DNA of 64,000 nt from the human T2T-CHM13v2.0 reference genome, Homo sapiens, in NCBI RefSeq assembly GCF_009914755.1, contig NC_060938.1; one strand, written 5' to 3'. Below the pieces are notes generated by a model. The model was not told where the DNA came from. It was given only the letters and a program-made list of their open reading frames with translations, and searched no databases. Every line of letters begins with the position of its first letter. Position 1 is the stretch's first letter. Both the position numbers and the translations under genes were made by a program. Below, piece by piece: positions 47,213 through 59,979 of this stretch.

Positions 47213-47902
47213 GTGAGTAGACCCGGCCCTGCAGGAGGTTATCTGGTTGTAGCAAACATCACATGCAACCCTGGGTGGGTGCAGGGGACTTCACAGGGAA
47301 GCCCCAGAGGGAGGGGTGTGGCCCAGAGGATGCAGAGAGAGGGCACAGGCCCCTCTGGGAACCACAGAGGATGTGTTGGCTCTGAGGCTTTCTCACACTA
47401 TCTGATAAGAGCCCCTCCCTTCCACACCTGCCCCTCTGGCTCACGGCCTGTCTCTCAGCTTCCTGTATCATCAGCTTCAAGGACAGCCTGGAGTCCTGCG
47501 TGGACCAGGCCTCCCATTGCAGGGGTTCTAGAAGAAACTTCCTGTAGGGGCAGCAACAGGGGCTGATCCCCCTTCATGGGAGGTAGCTTGTGATTACTAA
47601 GCAGCTGCTGGGTGGAGCGGGTGTCTGCTAACCACCCTGAGAACTGCCTGTTTATTCAGAACTGGTTTTGGGTCAGTAAGAATTTAAAAATACACTTTGG
47701 TGCCATAAGTCAATGACTTAAGCTACGGGACCTTGACAAGGGCTGGTTTAAAATGGGGTGGTATGTGTTGGGGTCCAGCAGTGGGCTCCAGGCCCACAAC
47801 CCCTGCTGCCTCTGAAGAAAACCATGCTCAACCTAGAGCACCCCCTCCCCACCTACCAGGACCCTCCTGAGTCCAGATGGGCAGGAAAAATGAGGCTGAT
47901 AA

Positions 47903-48258
47903 TGTCACCGGTGGAGGGTGTCCGGGTTCTTGGTGTCTTGAACAGAGAATTGGACAAAATGCACAAAGCAAGGAAGGAATGAAGGGGTTTATTGAAAATG
48001 AAAGTACACTCCACACGGTGGGAGCGGGCCCAAGCATAGGGCCTCAAGGGCACCGTTACAGAATTTTGGGAATATTAAATACCCTCTAGAGGAGTCCACT
48101 GGTTACTTGGGGTACACCCTATGTAAATGAAGAGGATGACGTAAAGTTACAAAGTCTTTTACTTGGCCTACACTGTATGGAGAGGATATTTCCTGTTATA
48201 ACTGAAGTGTGAATCAGCCTTATGTTCCCTGCCTCCAGACCCTATTTTTCCTGCCTCA
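47903..48258 (-). repeat. 3' LTR of MER61 element
   Basis: TG...CA ends; minus-strand AATAAA at 47993-47988; PPT AGGGAAGATA adjacent. Confidence 0.88.
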
Positions 48259-48739
48259 TATCTTCCCTGAGAGAGGTGATCCCCATAAATCTTTATAGGA
48301 GGCAGAGGGACCAATGATCTTTTTTTTTCTGTAACTGCTTCATGCTGGCTTGGGGTGTAGTCCCTACCTATTGGGGATCAAGGAACTCTCACCCTGCTCT
48401 GTATAGTGGAGGCAGGATAGCTTCTTGATGGGCAGGGTTGGTGTATTCACCTGCAAATGGCTGGAACCTTTGTTGCTGTTCATCTGAAGCTTGATGGTCT
48501 CTATGTGAGAGGAAATGAAATTGGTTAAAAGATTTAATGGGAACTTCAGGGGGTGGATACCTATGCTGTCAAGAATGTTTGTTACAGAGATTTGCAGGAG
48601 AAAAGAAGAAAACCTGGTCTGTTCTAAAACCTATGTGTTTCCTTAAAGTCTTAGCACAAATGATACCATTTTGGTTTGGTTTGTTGGGGCCTAGTGCATG
48701 AGCTTAGTCCAAAACAACAGCCTGCCAGAATTTTGTTTA

Positions 48740-49057
<318 letters not shown>

Positions 49058-49455
49058 TTTAAAAATTCCCCCCTTTTTGGTCACGTTCTCACTTTGGTCA
49101 CTTAGGTGAGAACGTGACCAAAACTTAGGGCCTTAGTGCCACTCTCTGTTACCATCATTTTGGGTTTCTGGTCTTACTTAGCCCATCATTCATAGGTTAC
49201 GGTGTCCTCATGGTCACATATTTCTTTCAGCTCCTGTTATTCCAGTTGGAGAGAGACCATATGACATTCTAGAGATGGCTGCATGCAAGCATTTAAAACC
49301 TTTGAGAGAATACAGCCCAACAGGGAAACTATCACTATGACTATTGGGAGGATAATAGTAAGAAATTGGAGTATGCTCCTTACCCAAGGTCCCCACAAGC
49401 CAAACCTCCTAAAATCAAAGAGACCAAAGAATGACTTAACTAAGCAGTTTCTTTG

Positions 49456-49659
49456 TTAATCCCCTAGCACTGAATTTCTATAATCTTCATTTGCTGTATT
49501 TCTCCATAGGCCACATGTGCCAGCAGCTGCACAGATATGTCTTTGTTCAGCCAATTCTATCATAACTTTCACAAGAAAATTTAAAGTCTGTTGTGTAACT
49601 GTAGCCTTTACAGTAGAATTTGCTGTAGAGCCTGTCATAAGGGATATATTGCTAATCAT
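49456..49659 (-). pseudogene. Degenerate env TM remnant of the MER61 interior
   Basis: QQTLNFLVKVMIELAEQRHICAAAGTC resembles the gamma-type heptad/ISD/CX6CC region with deletions. Confidence 0.5.
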
Positions 49660-50474
49660 TGCTTCTTTTACTTTAAACCATGGAAAAAGGACCTAATAAA
49701 TTATGCCCTTCTAGAAGAGTGAAGGCCTCCTGGCAATGATATCTTTAACCTGTGATGTGGGTTAAGAGAAATGAACCAATGTTTCGTTTCTGACTGATTG
49801 TGAGGCAGCCATAATGAGGTACCATTAAAGTTTTTTTTAACCTGCATTGGGCCTTTATCCTTTATCCATCAAAGTATAAGGTTCTTCATGTATAAGGCTG
49901 GCTGCAAACTCCTGCACGAATAAAAGTACACCCCATAAGTGCACAAAACAGACCCCTTTTCCACTTCTATTGTTCACAGAGGCATAAGCAAGGGAAAATA
50001 TTCAAAGATAAGAGTTTCATGATAGTGGAGGCCTTAATCTGTGAACTTGGGAAAAGCTGTTCACATCAAGGATGCCATCGTCTTCTGGGGAGAAACACCC
50101 CTGGTTAGCCTTACCCCAAGGGTTCCAATGGGTATACAGTTCCAAGAGTATGGAGGGACCCTTCACAGTTTTGAGATTATGAACCCAGAGTTCCAGGTCC
50201 CGAAGTTTTGTTGCAATGTGGATGGCAAGGACAGTCTTTCTCTGATGTTCTCAGAAGATCTAAACTATAAAAGCTTTTTTACCTGGTGAAAATACACTAT
50301 AGCATAATAATCTACTGTTATAACATCAGCCCTCTTGCATGGGAAAGCTTTTATACAACCAGAACACATGCACTGAAAATACCAATTGAATGAAATCCCT
50401 TTGTAAAATGTTTAAGTGGCCTCCAGGTGACCAATTGTACCTGAAGCTTTAATTGTTTTCCCAGGAATATGGGA

Positions 50475-50660
50475 TCAAACATTGGTTATAAACAATTTCA
50501 GTAATTTGTAAGCCACTACATCAATGTATTCAATTTGGATCATTTTATTTTTTCCATGTTGAGTCATGGAATGCAGAACTCTTAATAATAAAAGCTTTAA
50601 GGACTCAGGAAGGACAAGGTGGCCATCCTGGTTCTCCATGAGGCCATGCTTAATTAACAT
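50475..50660 (-). pseudogene. Degenerate integrase N-terminal remnant of the MER61 interior
   Basis: DGHLVLPESLKLLLLRVLHSMTQHG resembles the integrase HHCC region. Confidence 0.5.
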
Positions 50661-51059
50661 TAGACTTATATTATCTTGGATACTAGTTGTTTTTCCAAAT
50701 TAGGTACATAGCACTGAGAAGAAAATTTGTTTTTTGTGTGTGGTTTATAATCACTTAGCATAATAATCATAATTATAATTGATAGCATATACTTAGACAT
50801 TAACATTTTAGAAATCCCATACAATTTTGTAACACATATTAGTATTATTCACAAAAATATAACCTAAGGAAGATCGAACATCATTTTGGCAATCTCATGT
50901 ACCTAAACATGTCAAATAATCCTGTTTACCTCCTTTCTGGATGTTTTCAGGGGCCCTCTGATCCATCCAAAAAATCAGGCATCAGGAAAGACAATTTTGA
51001 AACTGAAGTTTGATTTTGGAATTCCAGAGTACCATAAATTATTTATTTTGCCAAAATGA

Positions 51060-51456
<397 letters not shown>

Positions 51457-52737
51457 TCTAGTAGTCTTAACTGCATGTTATAATGGCGAATTTTAAAGTA
51501 AAACCTGGTAAGTTATGTTCTGATAAAGTTTGACTGTTTCCAGCATAGCTAGAAGCGTGGCCAACTCCGCATGTCCCCAGGCCTTACCTAGCTGGAAAGC
51601 AGGCAAGTTAAACAATTTTCGAAAGGCAAAGAAGCAACTTATGACCTTCAAGCATTTAGCAAGCCCAATATTTGAACATAATTTGGACCACATGTTTACA
51701 TTTTGAAGACATTTGTGTTTTACCAATAAAACTGTCTTTATTTCCCAAAGATTACTCAAGTCACATGAACTAAATAAAAGGCATTACATTTTTCACTTTT
51801 CCGACAAAATATTTGACTTAAGCTTTTATTATTATTAAACCAATTAATGTAAAACTTTACAGAGGAGACAAACAGTGACTTTTCCTTTATATTTAACCAG
51901 TTTGCACAGAGAGAAAGAAGCCAGAGACTGACTAGTAAGAAACTCTTACCCTTTTGCTGGCATGCCAGGTTTCTGGGTTCTCTCTCTGAGTGGCCCTAGC
52001 GACCCTGCCTGACCATATGCAAACAAACACATTGCCATGAATTAAGAATATTCACAAACAGTTTACAAATTGTGGAGACGTTAGGCAGAGAGAGAGAAAT
52101 ATGACTCAAATTCTATTTACAAGAGTATACGCAGAACACTTAAATTATCAGGAAGCCTAAAATCCAAAAAGTTTGTTTAAAGGTAGAAAGTTGGTGTGCT
52201 CCATTAATTCCTCTGGGCCCGACAAAGGTAGCTTTGGAATTCCAGATAAATGGAATGAATGATGATTTGCTAGAAATACATGGGAAACAAAATAACTATT
52301 CACAGAACCAAATGAAAGCCTTCCACTAGGAACTAAAAAAAATCATAGTTTTATACATATGGATACACAAGCAAAGCCAGAGGAGAATAAACAGCAAGTG
52401 AATGAAAACTAGAAGTCAAAAACAAATAAACAGGAAACCAACCCTAAGTTTTCCTACTCAATTTACCCTGGAGGCTACAGTGTTACCTAGGGCCCCCAAA
52501 AACCCACATAATGAATATTTTAATCCTGACACATAATTCAGTATCCTTAAGTTCGCCAATATTTTCATACAGCCTGTGCAATTAAGAAATTGACTTTAGG
52601 CACATGGCCAATAAGTACTCCAGCACTATCCATGCAAAAGAGTAAACATAGTGTGAAGCAATGCAAGCATGTATGTGAGATTTGGCTTTGCACTAAATCC
52701 AGCTTCATGCTTAACTATATTTAAAAAAGAATTGCTG

Positions 52738-53037
<300 letters not shown>

Positions 53038-53041
53038 TTAC

Positions 53042-53499
53042 TGTCGATGAAGAGTCAAACTCTGTAAAATATTTTAAGAGATTTATTCTGAACCAAATAT
53101 GAGTGACCATGGCCCATGACCCAGCCCTCAGGAGGTCCTGAGAACATGTGCCCAAGGTGGTTGGGGTGCAGCTTGGTTTTATAGATTTTAGGGAGGCATG
53201 AGACATCAGTCAAATACAATTAAGGAATACATGAATACATTGGTTTGTTTCAGAAAGGTGGGACAACTTGAAAACTGTTGGGGGTGGGGAGCAGTGTTCC
53301 AGGCTATAGGTAAATTTAAACATTTTATGGTTGACAATTGATTGAGTTTTTGTCTAAGGACCTGGGATCAATAGAAAGGAAATGTTCATAAAAGATTGTG
53401 AAAAACCAAGGTTCTTTTGAAGTCTCATAGTGGCTGCCCTTAGAAACAATCGAAAACAAATGTTTCCTATTGAGACCCTTTAAAAGGTGCTAGACTTTC
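53042..53499 (-). mobile_element. Truncated MER4A-type LTR in the MER61 interior
   Basis: GAAGAGTCAAACTCTGTAAAATATTT..AGAGATTTATTCTGA..CCCTCAGGAGGTCCTGAGAACATGTGCCCAAGG is characteristic of MER4; the other end is missing. Confidence 0.7.
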
Positions 53500-53798
53500 T
53501 GCCAGTTTTGGTAGACAACATATAACAGTAAGTGTACATACAAATAAACACATCTAGACGTGTATACACACACATAAATGAAAATCCAGTAGCTCGGAAC
53601 CTTAGCCATGAGATAGCAATACAAGCTTACTGGTTTTACTTTACCCCAATAGATAAGCCAATGAAGGCTATGAACCAAAATTTCGGGTAAAGCAGTTTGG
53701 TTGTTAAAGGCCAGACCTCCCCAGACTCCAAAGAGTGCTGGAGCCAAACAGTACCAAAGGAGGGCATCACACATTAACCAGGCTCCTTGCTCAGAACA

Positions 53799-54178
53799 GC
53801 AGCACAAGTGGGATCCATGCAACACCATCCCACTTTCCCAGTAGACAGTAAACTCCAGATTCTAAACAATATGGGGGCCAAGCAGCCATTGCAACTGCAA
53901 GAGAAAATTCTAAGGAGGGCTTAGTACTAGACCTCATAACCTCTGCCAAGAGCATCCACTTTGGGGAGGTTGAGGTCTACAGGATCCCCCAGAGCATCCT
54001 CCTGTGGGCTCCAATCTTAGAGTGTCAGATGTCTCTGACCTTAGGTGGGCACTGGCACCACTTTGCATGTGTTCCCTCCAGAGCCTGCTATGAGCTTTCC
54101 TTTGGTACCTGGGTGTAATCCCTGACTTTTAGCATCCTTATAATTTGATAAGGCCATGCCTTCCCATCCTTCCTGTTC
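53799..54178. repeat. Left copy of ~380-bp direct duplication flanking the inner provirus
   Basis: Matches 59980-60358 with 12 substitutions and 1 indel by hand count. Confidence 0.95.
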
Positions 54179-54605
54179 TGTTAGAAACAAATTTTCAGTG
54201 CCACAAAGTGAACCCAGCACTCAGGCAAAAGTTTTCTCAGCAAGGCAATTTACTTCTGTAGAAGGGCGCTTCCTGCATGCAAGGCAGAGGCAAGGGGGAG
54301 CATGCAAAACAAAGGAGAACAGGATTTTCTTATCCCTAACGCAGACCCTGTTCCTGTGTCTTCCCCCTGTGGGCTGGGGTCAGACCGCACAACCTAGGCT
54401 AATTCCGATTGTCTACAGTTGACATCATCAAAGGAGGCAAGGGTGGGCCTTTGACAGGAAGCACAGGTATAGTACATTTTGGGGTGTTTGGGCACAGCAG
54501 AGAGAGGGAGGGCTGATAGATGAATGGGTATGATTACCTTTTAGAATAGAACAAAGAACCAGGCACAGAAACTCTTTGAAGAGGAACTATTTGTGGTCAA
54601 CAACA
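54179..54605 (-). repeat. 3' LTR (LTR10-like) of inner provirus
   Basis: TG...CA ends; PPT AAGAGGAGGAAAT at 54618-54606; variant poly(A) signal AGTAAA at 54254-54249. Confidence 0.92.
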
Positions 54606-54622
54606 ATTTCCTCCTCTTGAAT

Positions 54623-56620
54623 TTATACATGTTCCGCTTTAAACCTATCTAATATGATTCGGATTTCGTGTTCGTTCACGGGGAAGAATTTGTTACTATA
54701 GGATTGGGAAGAACTAGGGAAGGTTTTGTTACTAGCTGTCTCTATAAGTCTTTGGACTAGTCCACGAATGCAGGGCATGATGCAGCATCCAACAAGAATA
54801 AGCACAGCTATTGCGATTGCGAGAGAGGTAACAATAGAGGCCATGAGTCCTTTCCATTTACCAAACCATTGCCCTAACCATCCTGTGAAAGGGTCAGTTA
54901 TCCCAGAATTTGTGGCTAATTCATCTGATAAGGAGGTAAGACCTTGTAAAGCTTTTGTAATTGTTCCATCAGGAGCTGTATTGTTGGGAATGTAGGTGCA
55001 GCATTGGGTTCCTATCATAACACAAACTCCACCTTTTTCTGCTAATATCATATCTAAGGCCATTCTGTTTTCCCAAGCCATTTGGCTAGTAGGCCCTAAT
55101 TGTTCAGCTATTCCTTGGATAGCATCCCTAGTGTAATTAATAAATCGCTGCTGGTTATAATAGATGTAATTTATCCAAGCTACATTTTTATTAATAGCTA
55201 CCATTGGAAATAATGATTCAAATCCTGCAGCTACTGGGTCTCGGGCTTTGAATCTATCAGGTACCCCCTGTGGGACTCCAATTTCATCTACATAGACATG
55301 AGAGTCGAAAGATCCTTGAGGGGCCTCTCTTGTTTTACGGCGTTGTGGTTTCTTTTTTTCTGGTTGTTGAAATGCCAGGGTGAAAGGGATGGCCAATTGA
55401 ATTAGAGCACAAGTACCACTCCAGTTACTTGGCAGAGTGTCTAGCAGGTGACCACCACAATACCACCATACATCAGCTCGGGCATGAACAAGTGCAGACT
55501 GATTGGTAAGCTCTTGGAAAGACTTAAGCTCACTGCATCCCTTTAGGTCCCCAAGAAACTCCAAATTTTTTCCCTGTCGTGAGAGACAGGAAGTAAACTT
55601 GGCATCTGGAGATGGAGGCTGGATGGCCCTCGGGGGCTCACCCTCAAGGTGTTGAGTTTCAGGGAATAGCACAGAGAGAGTTCGACAGAATTCACTATCC
55701 CAGGCTGTAGGGTGTTGGAAAAGAGCCACCATGCAGCCCATGCCCGGTTGGTCAGAAGACCATCCAAGTGGAAAGGGGACGACTTGGGCCTCTGGCCTAC
55801 CTTGCGCACAAGCGTAACAGTCGCTTTTGTTTAGACTGCGAACGGAATATTCAATCCATTCCATCCAGGCATTTGTTTCTTTGTATCCTGTTTCAATTGT
55901 CAGTGTTTGTTTTAAATTTTTAACCTCTACAATAGCTACTTTGCTTTTGTCATTAGATGAAGAGACAATGGTCTGGTTAGCAGGTGTAGAAGAGGATAGA
56001 CGTGGAGATATGAGGGATGGAGATGTACTGAGGTGCAACTCGAAGAATCCTATGGGGTCTTTCCCTCTTACATCTGCTCCCATACCATAGAAACGGTTTA
56101 GGGTGGGGGAGGAATCTTGGAGAGTTGGGATGGTGATGGAAATTTGCACCGGGTTACATTGGTTATATCGACAATTGGGAGGGGCAATTCCTTTAGTAAA
56201 ATGGATATAGGGCTTTAGAACCGCTAGCGGGAAATCCTGTGAGGGGACCCAATCTTGACGTTGAGTGGTCCAAACGACATATTCCCAAGTATGACAAAAC
56301 GGAAAGCTAAACAAGGTAGAAGCATCTGCTTCGGAGGGGCAGAGATATTTCTCTGCTGCTGCAAGCTGTCTCTGGCTTTGGAGATCCCCACAAGGTATAA
56401 CTAAACAAGCATCGAAGGTAATGGTCTGGGGTGAGTCTGATCTAGTTACGTTAATAATGAGGTGGCTAGCAAGAGCACAAGGAAAGAAGAAGGAGTAACA
56501 GAATAGATGAAAGAGAATTAAACTTTCCTTAGCTTTAGTTTGGTAGGATTTTCCCCTGGGACTATGGCCCATGACGCTGGAGGGGGCGGTGCTTTCTTGA
56601 CTCGGGTGTGATGGGTCCAT
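54623..56620 (-). CDS. ERVPb1: Intact gamma-type retroviral envelope, 665 aa (EnvP(b))
   Basis: Open 665-codon ORF with signal peptide (LILFHLFCYSFFFPCALA), CXXC (CYAC), furin site RKTR (55339-55328), ISD ENRMALDMILAEKGGVC, CX6CC (CVMIGTQCC) and TM helix. Length, PBS-Pro and antisense RIN3-intron position fit ERVPb1. Confidence 0.95.
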   Translation of the reverse strand: MDPSHPSQESTAPSSVMGHSPRGKSYQTKAKESLILFHLFCYSFFFPCALASHLIINVTRSDSPQTITFDACLVIPCGDLQSQRQLAAAEKYLCPSEADASTLFSFPFCHTWEYVVWTTQRQDWVPSQDFPLAVLKPYIHFTKGIAPPNCRYNQCNPVQISITIPTLQDSSPTLNRFYGMGADVRGKDPIGFFELHLSTSPSLISPRLSSSTPANQTIVSSSNDKSKVAIVEVKNLKQTLTIETGYKETNAWMEWIEYSVRSLNKSDCYACAQGRPEAQVVPFPLGWSSDQPGMGCMVALFQHPTAWDSEFCRTLSVLFPETQHLEGEPPRAIQPPSPDAKFTSCLSRQGKNLEFLGDLKGCSELKSFQELTNQSALVHARADVWWYCGGHLLDTLPSNWSGTCALIQLAIPFTLAFQQPEKKKPQRRKTREAPQGSFDSHVYVDEIGVPQGVPDRFKARDPVAAGFESLFPMVAINKNVAWINYIYYNQQRFINYTRDAIQGIAEQLGPTSQMAWENRMALDMILAEKGGVCVMIGTQCCTYIPNNTAPDGTITKALQGLTSLSDELATNSGITDPFTGWLGQWFGKWKGLMASIVTSLAIAIAVLILVGCCIMPCIRGLVQRLIETASNKTFPSSSQSYSNKFFPVNEHEIRIILDRFKAEHV

Positions 56621-57280
56621 CCTTTCTCGGCAGTTCAGACTGCAGTTTCAGTTGTTAGGAGCACTAGATATGGTCCCTCCCAGGACGGTTCAAGTTTCTC
56701 TTCTTTCCAGCTCTTATTGAGGCCGTAGTCTCCGGGCCGGTGCTGATGGACTGGAAACTCAAGAGGCAGCGTTTGCGCTAAGAGACCTTTAGTCCTAAGG
56801 GAAGATAAGGTAGAAGACAGACCAAGTATATAATTCCTAAGGAACTGATCTTTGGTCTCAAAAGTGGGACTGTCACTAGTGGAACTTAAATATGGTAACC
56901 TATAGAGCATTTCATAAGGGGATAGGCCAACATCTGTTTGAGGGGCAGTTCGGATCCTGAGTAGAGCGATGGGGAGACACTTAGCCCAGGGTAATGGACT
57001 TTCTGAAATTAACTTAGATGATTTTTTAAAGTCTGATTCATCCTTTCTATTCTTCCTGATGAGGATGGATGCCAGGGGTCATGATACTCCCATTTGATTC
57101 CTAAAGTTTGAGTAAGCCCTTTAATGATATTTGCGGTAAAGTGATTCCTGTTGTCTGAGTCAGTGTTTTCTACTGGCCCGAACTGAGGTATTATCTTCTC
57201 TAGTAATACTTTAACCACATTTTTAGCTGTTGCGGGGAGGGGAATGGCTTCAACTCAATGGGTGAGGTGGTCTACTATTA
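56518..57280 (-). pseudogene. pol remnant: integrase core and C-terminus only
   Basis: IVDHLTH*VEAIP..VVKVLLEKIIPQFG..HPSSSGRIERMNQTLK..WEGPYLVLLTT with in-frame stops. The frame ends at 56518 and overlaps the env start. Confidence 0.9.
56957..56986 (-). promoter_or_regulatory. Candidate env splice acceptor
   Basis: Minus strand GGCTAAG (branch-like) TGTCTCCCCATCGCTCTACTCAG|G, within integrase where gammaretroviral env acceptors usually lie. Confidence 0.55.
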
Positions 57281-58908
57281 TGCCATGAGCAGGACAGTTT
57301 CTTTTTCCTTCCCCAACTCAGGGCATTCTCTTTTGAAGTGGCCTGCTCTTCCACATTTGAAGCACCTATCCTGTCCTCCCACTCTCTCATTTCCAGGATT
57401 ATTTGACCTTGCTCCCCCATACTCTTTAGAGGGCCTGGTAGCTGAGGGTCTGGGTCCGCTAGTTGGAGGCTTGGGTTTGGACCCTTTATAATTCCTGGTC
57501 CCCTGGAGTCTCTGTTTAGAAGCATATGGCTTGAAGCCGTCTGTTGGAAGGTGGATAGCATAAGTTTCATTTTTTGTTTTTGCTTTTCTTAATCTCTCCT
57601 CACATATACTTTTTGGGCTTCTCCTAGGGGTTCCTCTCTGGACCGGTTTTTTGTTTTTCTAGTTTCTGCAACTTCTTTGCTATATCTGGCCAGCTATTTG
57701 TGACAAAATGTAGCTTTAATATTCCTTGCCCAAGAGGGTCTTCTGGATCCAAATCTGCATATTTCCTTATTTGTTCCCTTAGTCTTTCTAGAAATTTCAT
57801 GGGCCCTTCATCTTTTTCCTGTTGTATGTCAAATGTTCGGGAAAGATTCTGAGCATGGGGCACTGACTCCCGAATTCCTTTAATTATCATTTCCCTAAGA
57901 TCTTTCATATTTTCCCAGCAGACTGCATTGTTATTATCCCATTGAGGATCTTGGGCTGGGAATTTCTGGTCTGCTGCAGGAACATTTTGGCCAGGAGAAT
58001 GTTCACATTCCCAAATTGTCATAGCAGCCCTGTGAATCATCCCCCTTTCTTCCCCTGAGAAGAGGATACCCAGGATGGACATTAATTCGGCCCAGGTATA
58101 TAACTGGGGGCCTAGGAATTGATCTGCTACCCCATATGGGTCATCTAGCAGTGGCTTAAGTTCTTTCTTTAAACCTTGAACCTCTGAACTAGTCAAGGGA
58201 GCATTTACAAAGCCAGTAGCTCCTCCTGCCTGGGACACCTCTCTCAAAGGGAAGAGAGTTGGAGCTGATTCCTTAGAGGCAGAGGGGAAAGGAAGATTTT
58301 GAATATCCTTCTTACATGGTAGTCCCTTTAGGGAAGGATACTTAGGCTGACAAGGAACAGACTCATGGGGTGGTGGTAATTCCCAAGAGTCAGAGTATAA
58401 GGGGGAGGAATAATAGGAGTAGCAGAAGGATCTGGGACCGAGTCCAGGGTAGCAGCAGCTGCCTGTGGAGGGGACAGGTCAAGTTGGGGGGAATTAAATG
58501 GGGAAAGGTGGTTTAGAGGGTTCCAGGAGTTGGGATCCCTCTGCCTAGGGGTTGGTTTTACTACGCCTTCCCCTGTATTCTTTAGGGGAAAGAGGAGAAC
58601 AGGTTGTTTTCTCCAGAAGAGGGCATAGTCTCTTCCCGCAAGACAAGACTTTTGTCATTCACATACTGAGTTAAAAGTTAACAGACCCAATCCTCATCTG
58701 ATCCATATTTTGGCAAGAAGATGGCAGGTTTGCGGATGGGTTCCTTGGCCCAAATGAAACAACAATATTTTATCATCTGTTGCTTTTTCTTGTGCCTATT
58801 CCTCTCATTCTCCTTCCAATATTTCAGCATGAGACCTAGAGGACTATCAGAGGGGATCTGACTATCCCCGTCCTTACCTTTCCCTGTTGTACTAGGAGTG
58901 TTTCCCAT
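57281..58908 (-). pseudogene. gag, disrupted by stops and frameshifts
   Basis: MGNTPS myristoylation start (58908), PPPY late domain (~58400), capsid MHR IQQEKDEGPMKFLERLRE, zinc knuckle CFKCGRAGHFKREC (57364-57323). Confidence 0.92.
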
Positions 58909-59346
58909 CTTGGAAGTTTTGGATGCCCCCTTGACTGTGTGTGTGGCCCAATCTCTCTTACTAGAGTTCTCTTGCCTTCCCTTTTCTCTAGAGGCTCAAC
59001 CCCCATTAATGGAGGTTTCTTGCACTCCTTTCCATTCACTTCATCCTATCTGGCCACTTCCTTCACAGGAAATTAGGTCCCTCTTAGCATTGGCATGCAG
59101 GTATAAGCCCCATGGCAGGATCTGCCCTAAGCCATATGAAGATGAGGTGACCACAGAACCACAGAACCACAGACAGGACCCACTCACCCCGGACAGCAGT
59201 AATGCCTATCACCATTCACACAAGCAGCACCGCAAGCAGTGGTGCCTATGATCATTCACACACACTTTCAACCTCCAGGATATCCCGACCACCAATGAAA
59301 TACTTCACCGCCCCCACAGCTTTTCTTACTTTGGTCTTGTGCGCAA

Positions 59347-59355
59347 AGTTACCTG
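59347..59355 (-). promoter_or_regulatory. Candidate leader splice donor of inner provirus
   Basis: Minus strand CAG|GTAACT (GT at 59352-59351); a second weaker AAA|GTAAGA lies about 25 nt further on. Confidence 0.5.
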
Positions 59356-59530
59356 GTCGCCACGGTATTTGTAGGCAAGTCTTTCCTTCCAACGTTGCCG
59401 AGAGTCCAGGTTTATTCGTCACAGTGGGTGGGGTCCCAATCTCTAGCCCTTGAGGCCACGTCAGCAAGGCAGTGGGTCGCGTCTCCCCCTGGGAGATGAC
59501 CAGAGACCCCTTCCCCAGAGGAGAATGGGA

Positions 59531-59548
59531 ATCCTGGGCAAGGCCCCA
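59531..59548 (-). other. Primer-binding site, tRNA-Pro
   Basis: TGGGGCCTTGCCCAGGAT vs canonical TGGGGGCTCGTCCGGGAT (14/18), 3 nt from the 5' LTR. Confidence 0.8.
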
Positions 59549-59551
59549 GAT

Positions 59552-59979
59552 TGTTAGAAACAAATTGTCAGTGCTGTGAAGTGAAACCCAGCATTCAGGC
59601 AAAAGTTTTCTCAGCAAGGCAATTTACTTCTATAGAAGGGCGCTTCCTGCATGCAAAGCAGAGGCAAGGGAGAGCTTGCAAAACAAAGGAGACCAGGAGT
59701 TTTTATCCCTGAAGCAGACCCTGTTCCTGTGTCCTCCCCCTGTGGGCTGGGGTCGGACCACACAATCTAGGCTAATTCCGATTGGCTACTGTTGACATCA
59801 TCAAAGGAGGCGAGGGTGGGCGTTTGACAGGGAGAACAGGTACAGTATATCTTGGGTGTGTTTAGGCACAGTGGAGATAGGGAGGGCTAATAGATGAATG
59901 GGTAAGATTACCTTTTAGAATAGAACAAAGAACCAGGAACCAAAACCCTTTGAAGAGGAACTATTTGTTCTTAACAACG
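59552..59979 (-). repeat. 5' LTR (LTR10-like) of inner provirus, likely env promoter
   Basis: About 90% identical to 54179-54605; CCAAT at 59785-59781, GATAAAAA at 59707-59700, PU.1-like AAGAGGAACT at 59953-59962. Confidence 0.9.

Larger units (their letters stand above)
54179..59979 (-). mobile_element. HERV-P(b)/HERV-IP10-type provirus with LTR10-like LTRs, internally deleted, env intact
   Basis: Order on the minus strand is LTR-PBS(Pro)-gag-partial IN-env-PPT-LTR. Confidence 0.93.

Noticed and set aside
57624-58247. 207-aa capsid ORF as a co-opted gag gene
   Set aside because: It starts at a non-ATG codon and is bounded by frameshifts and stops; a fragment of this size is expected in a decaying gag.
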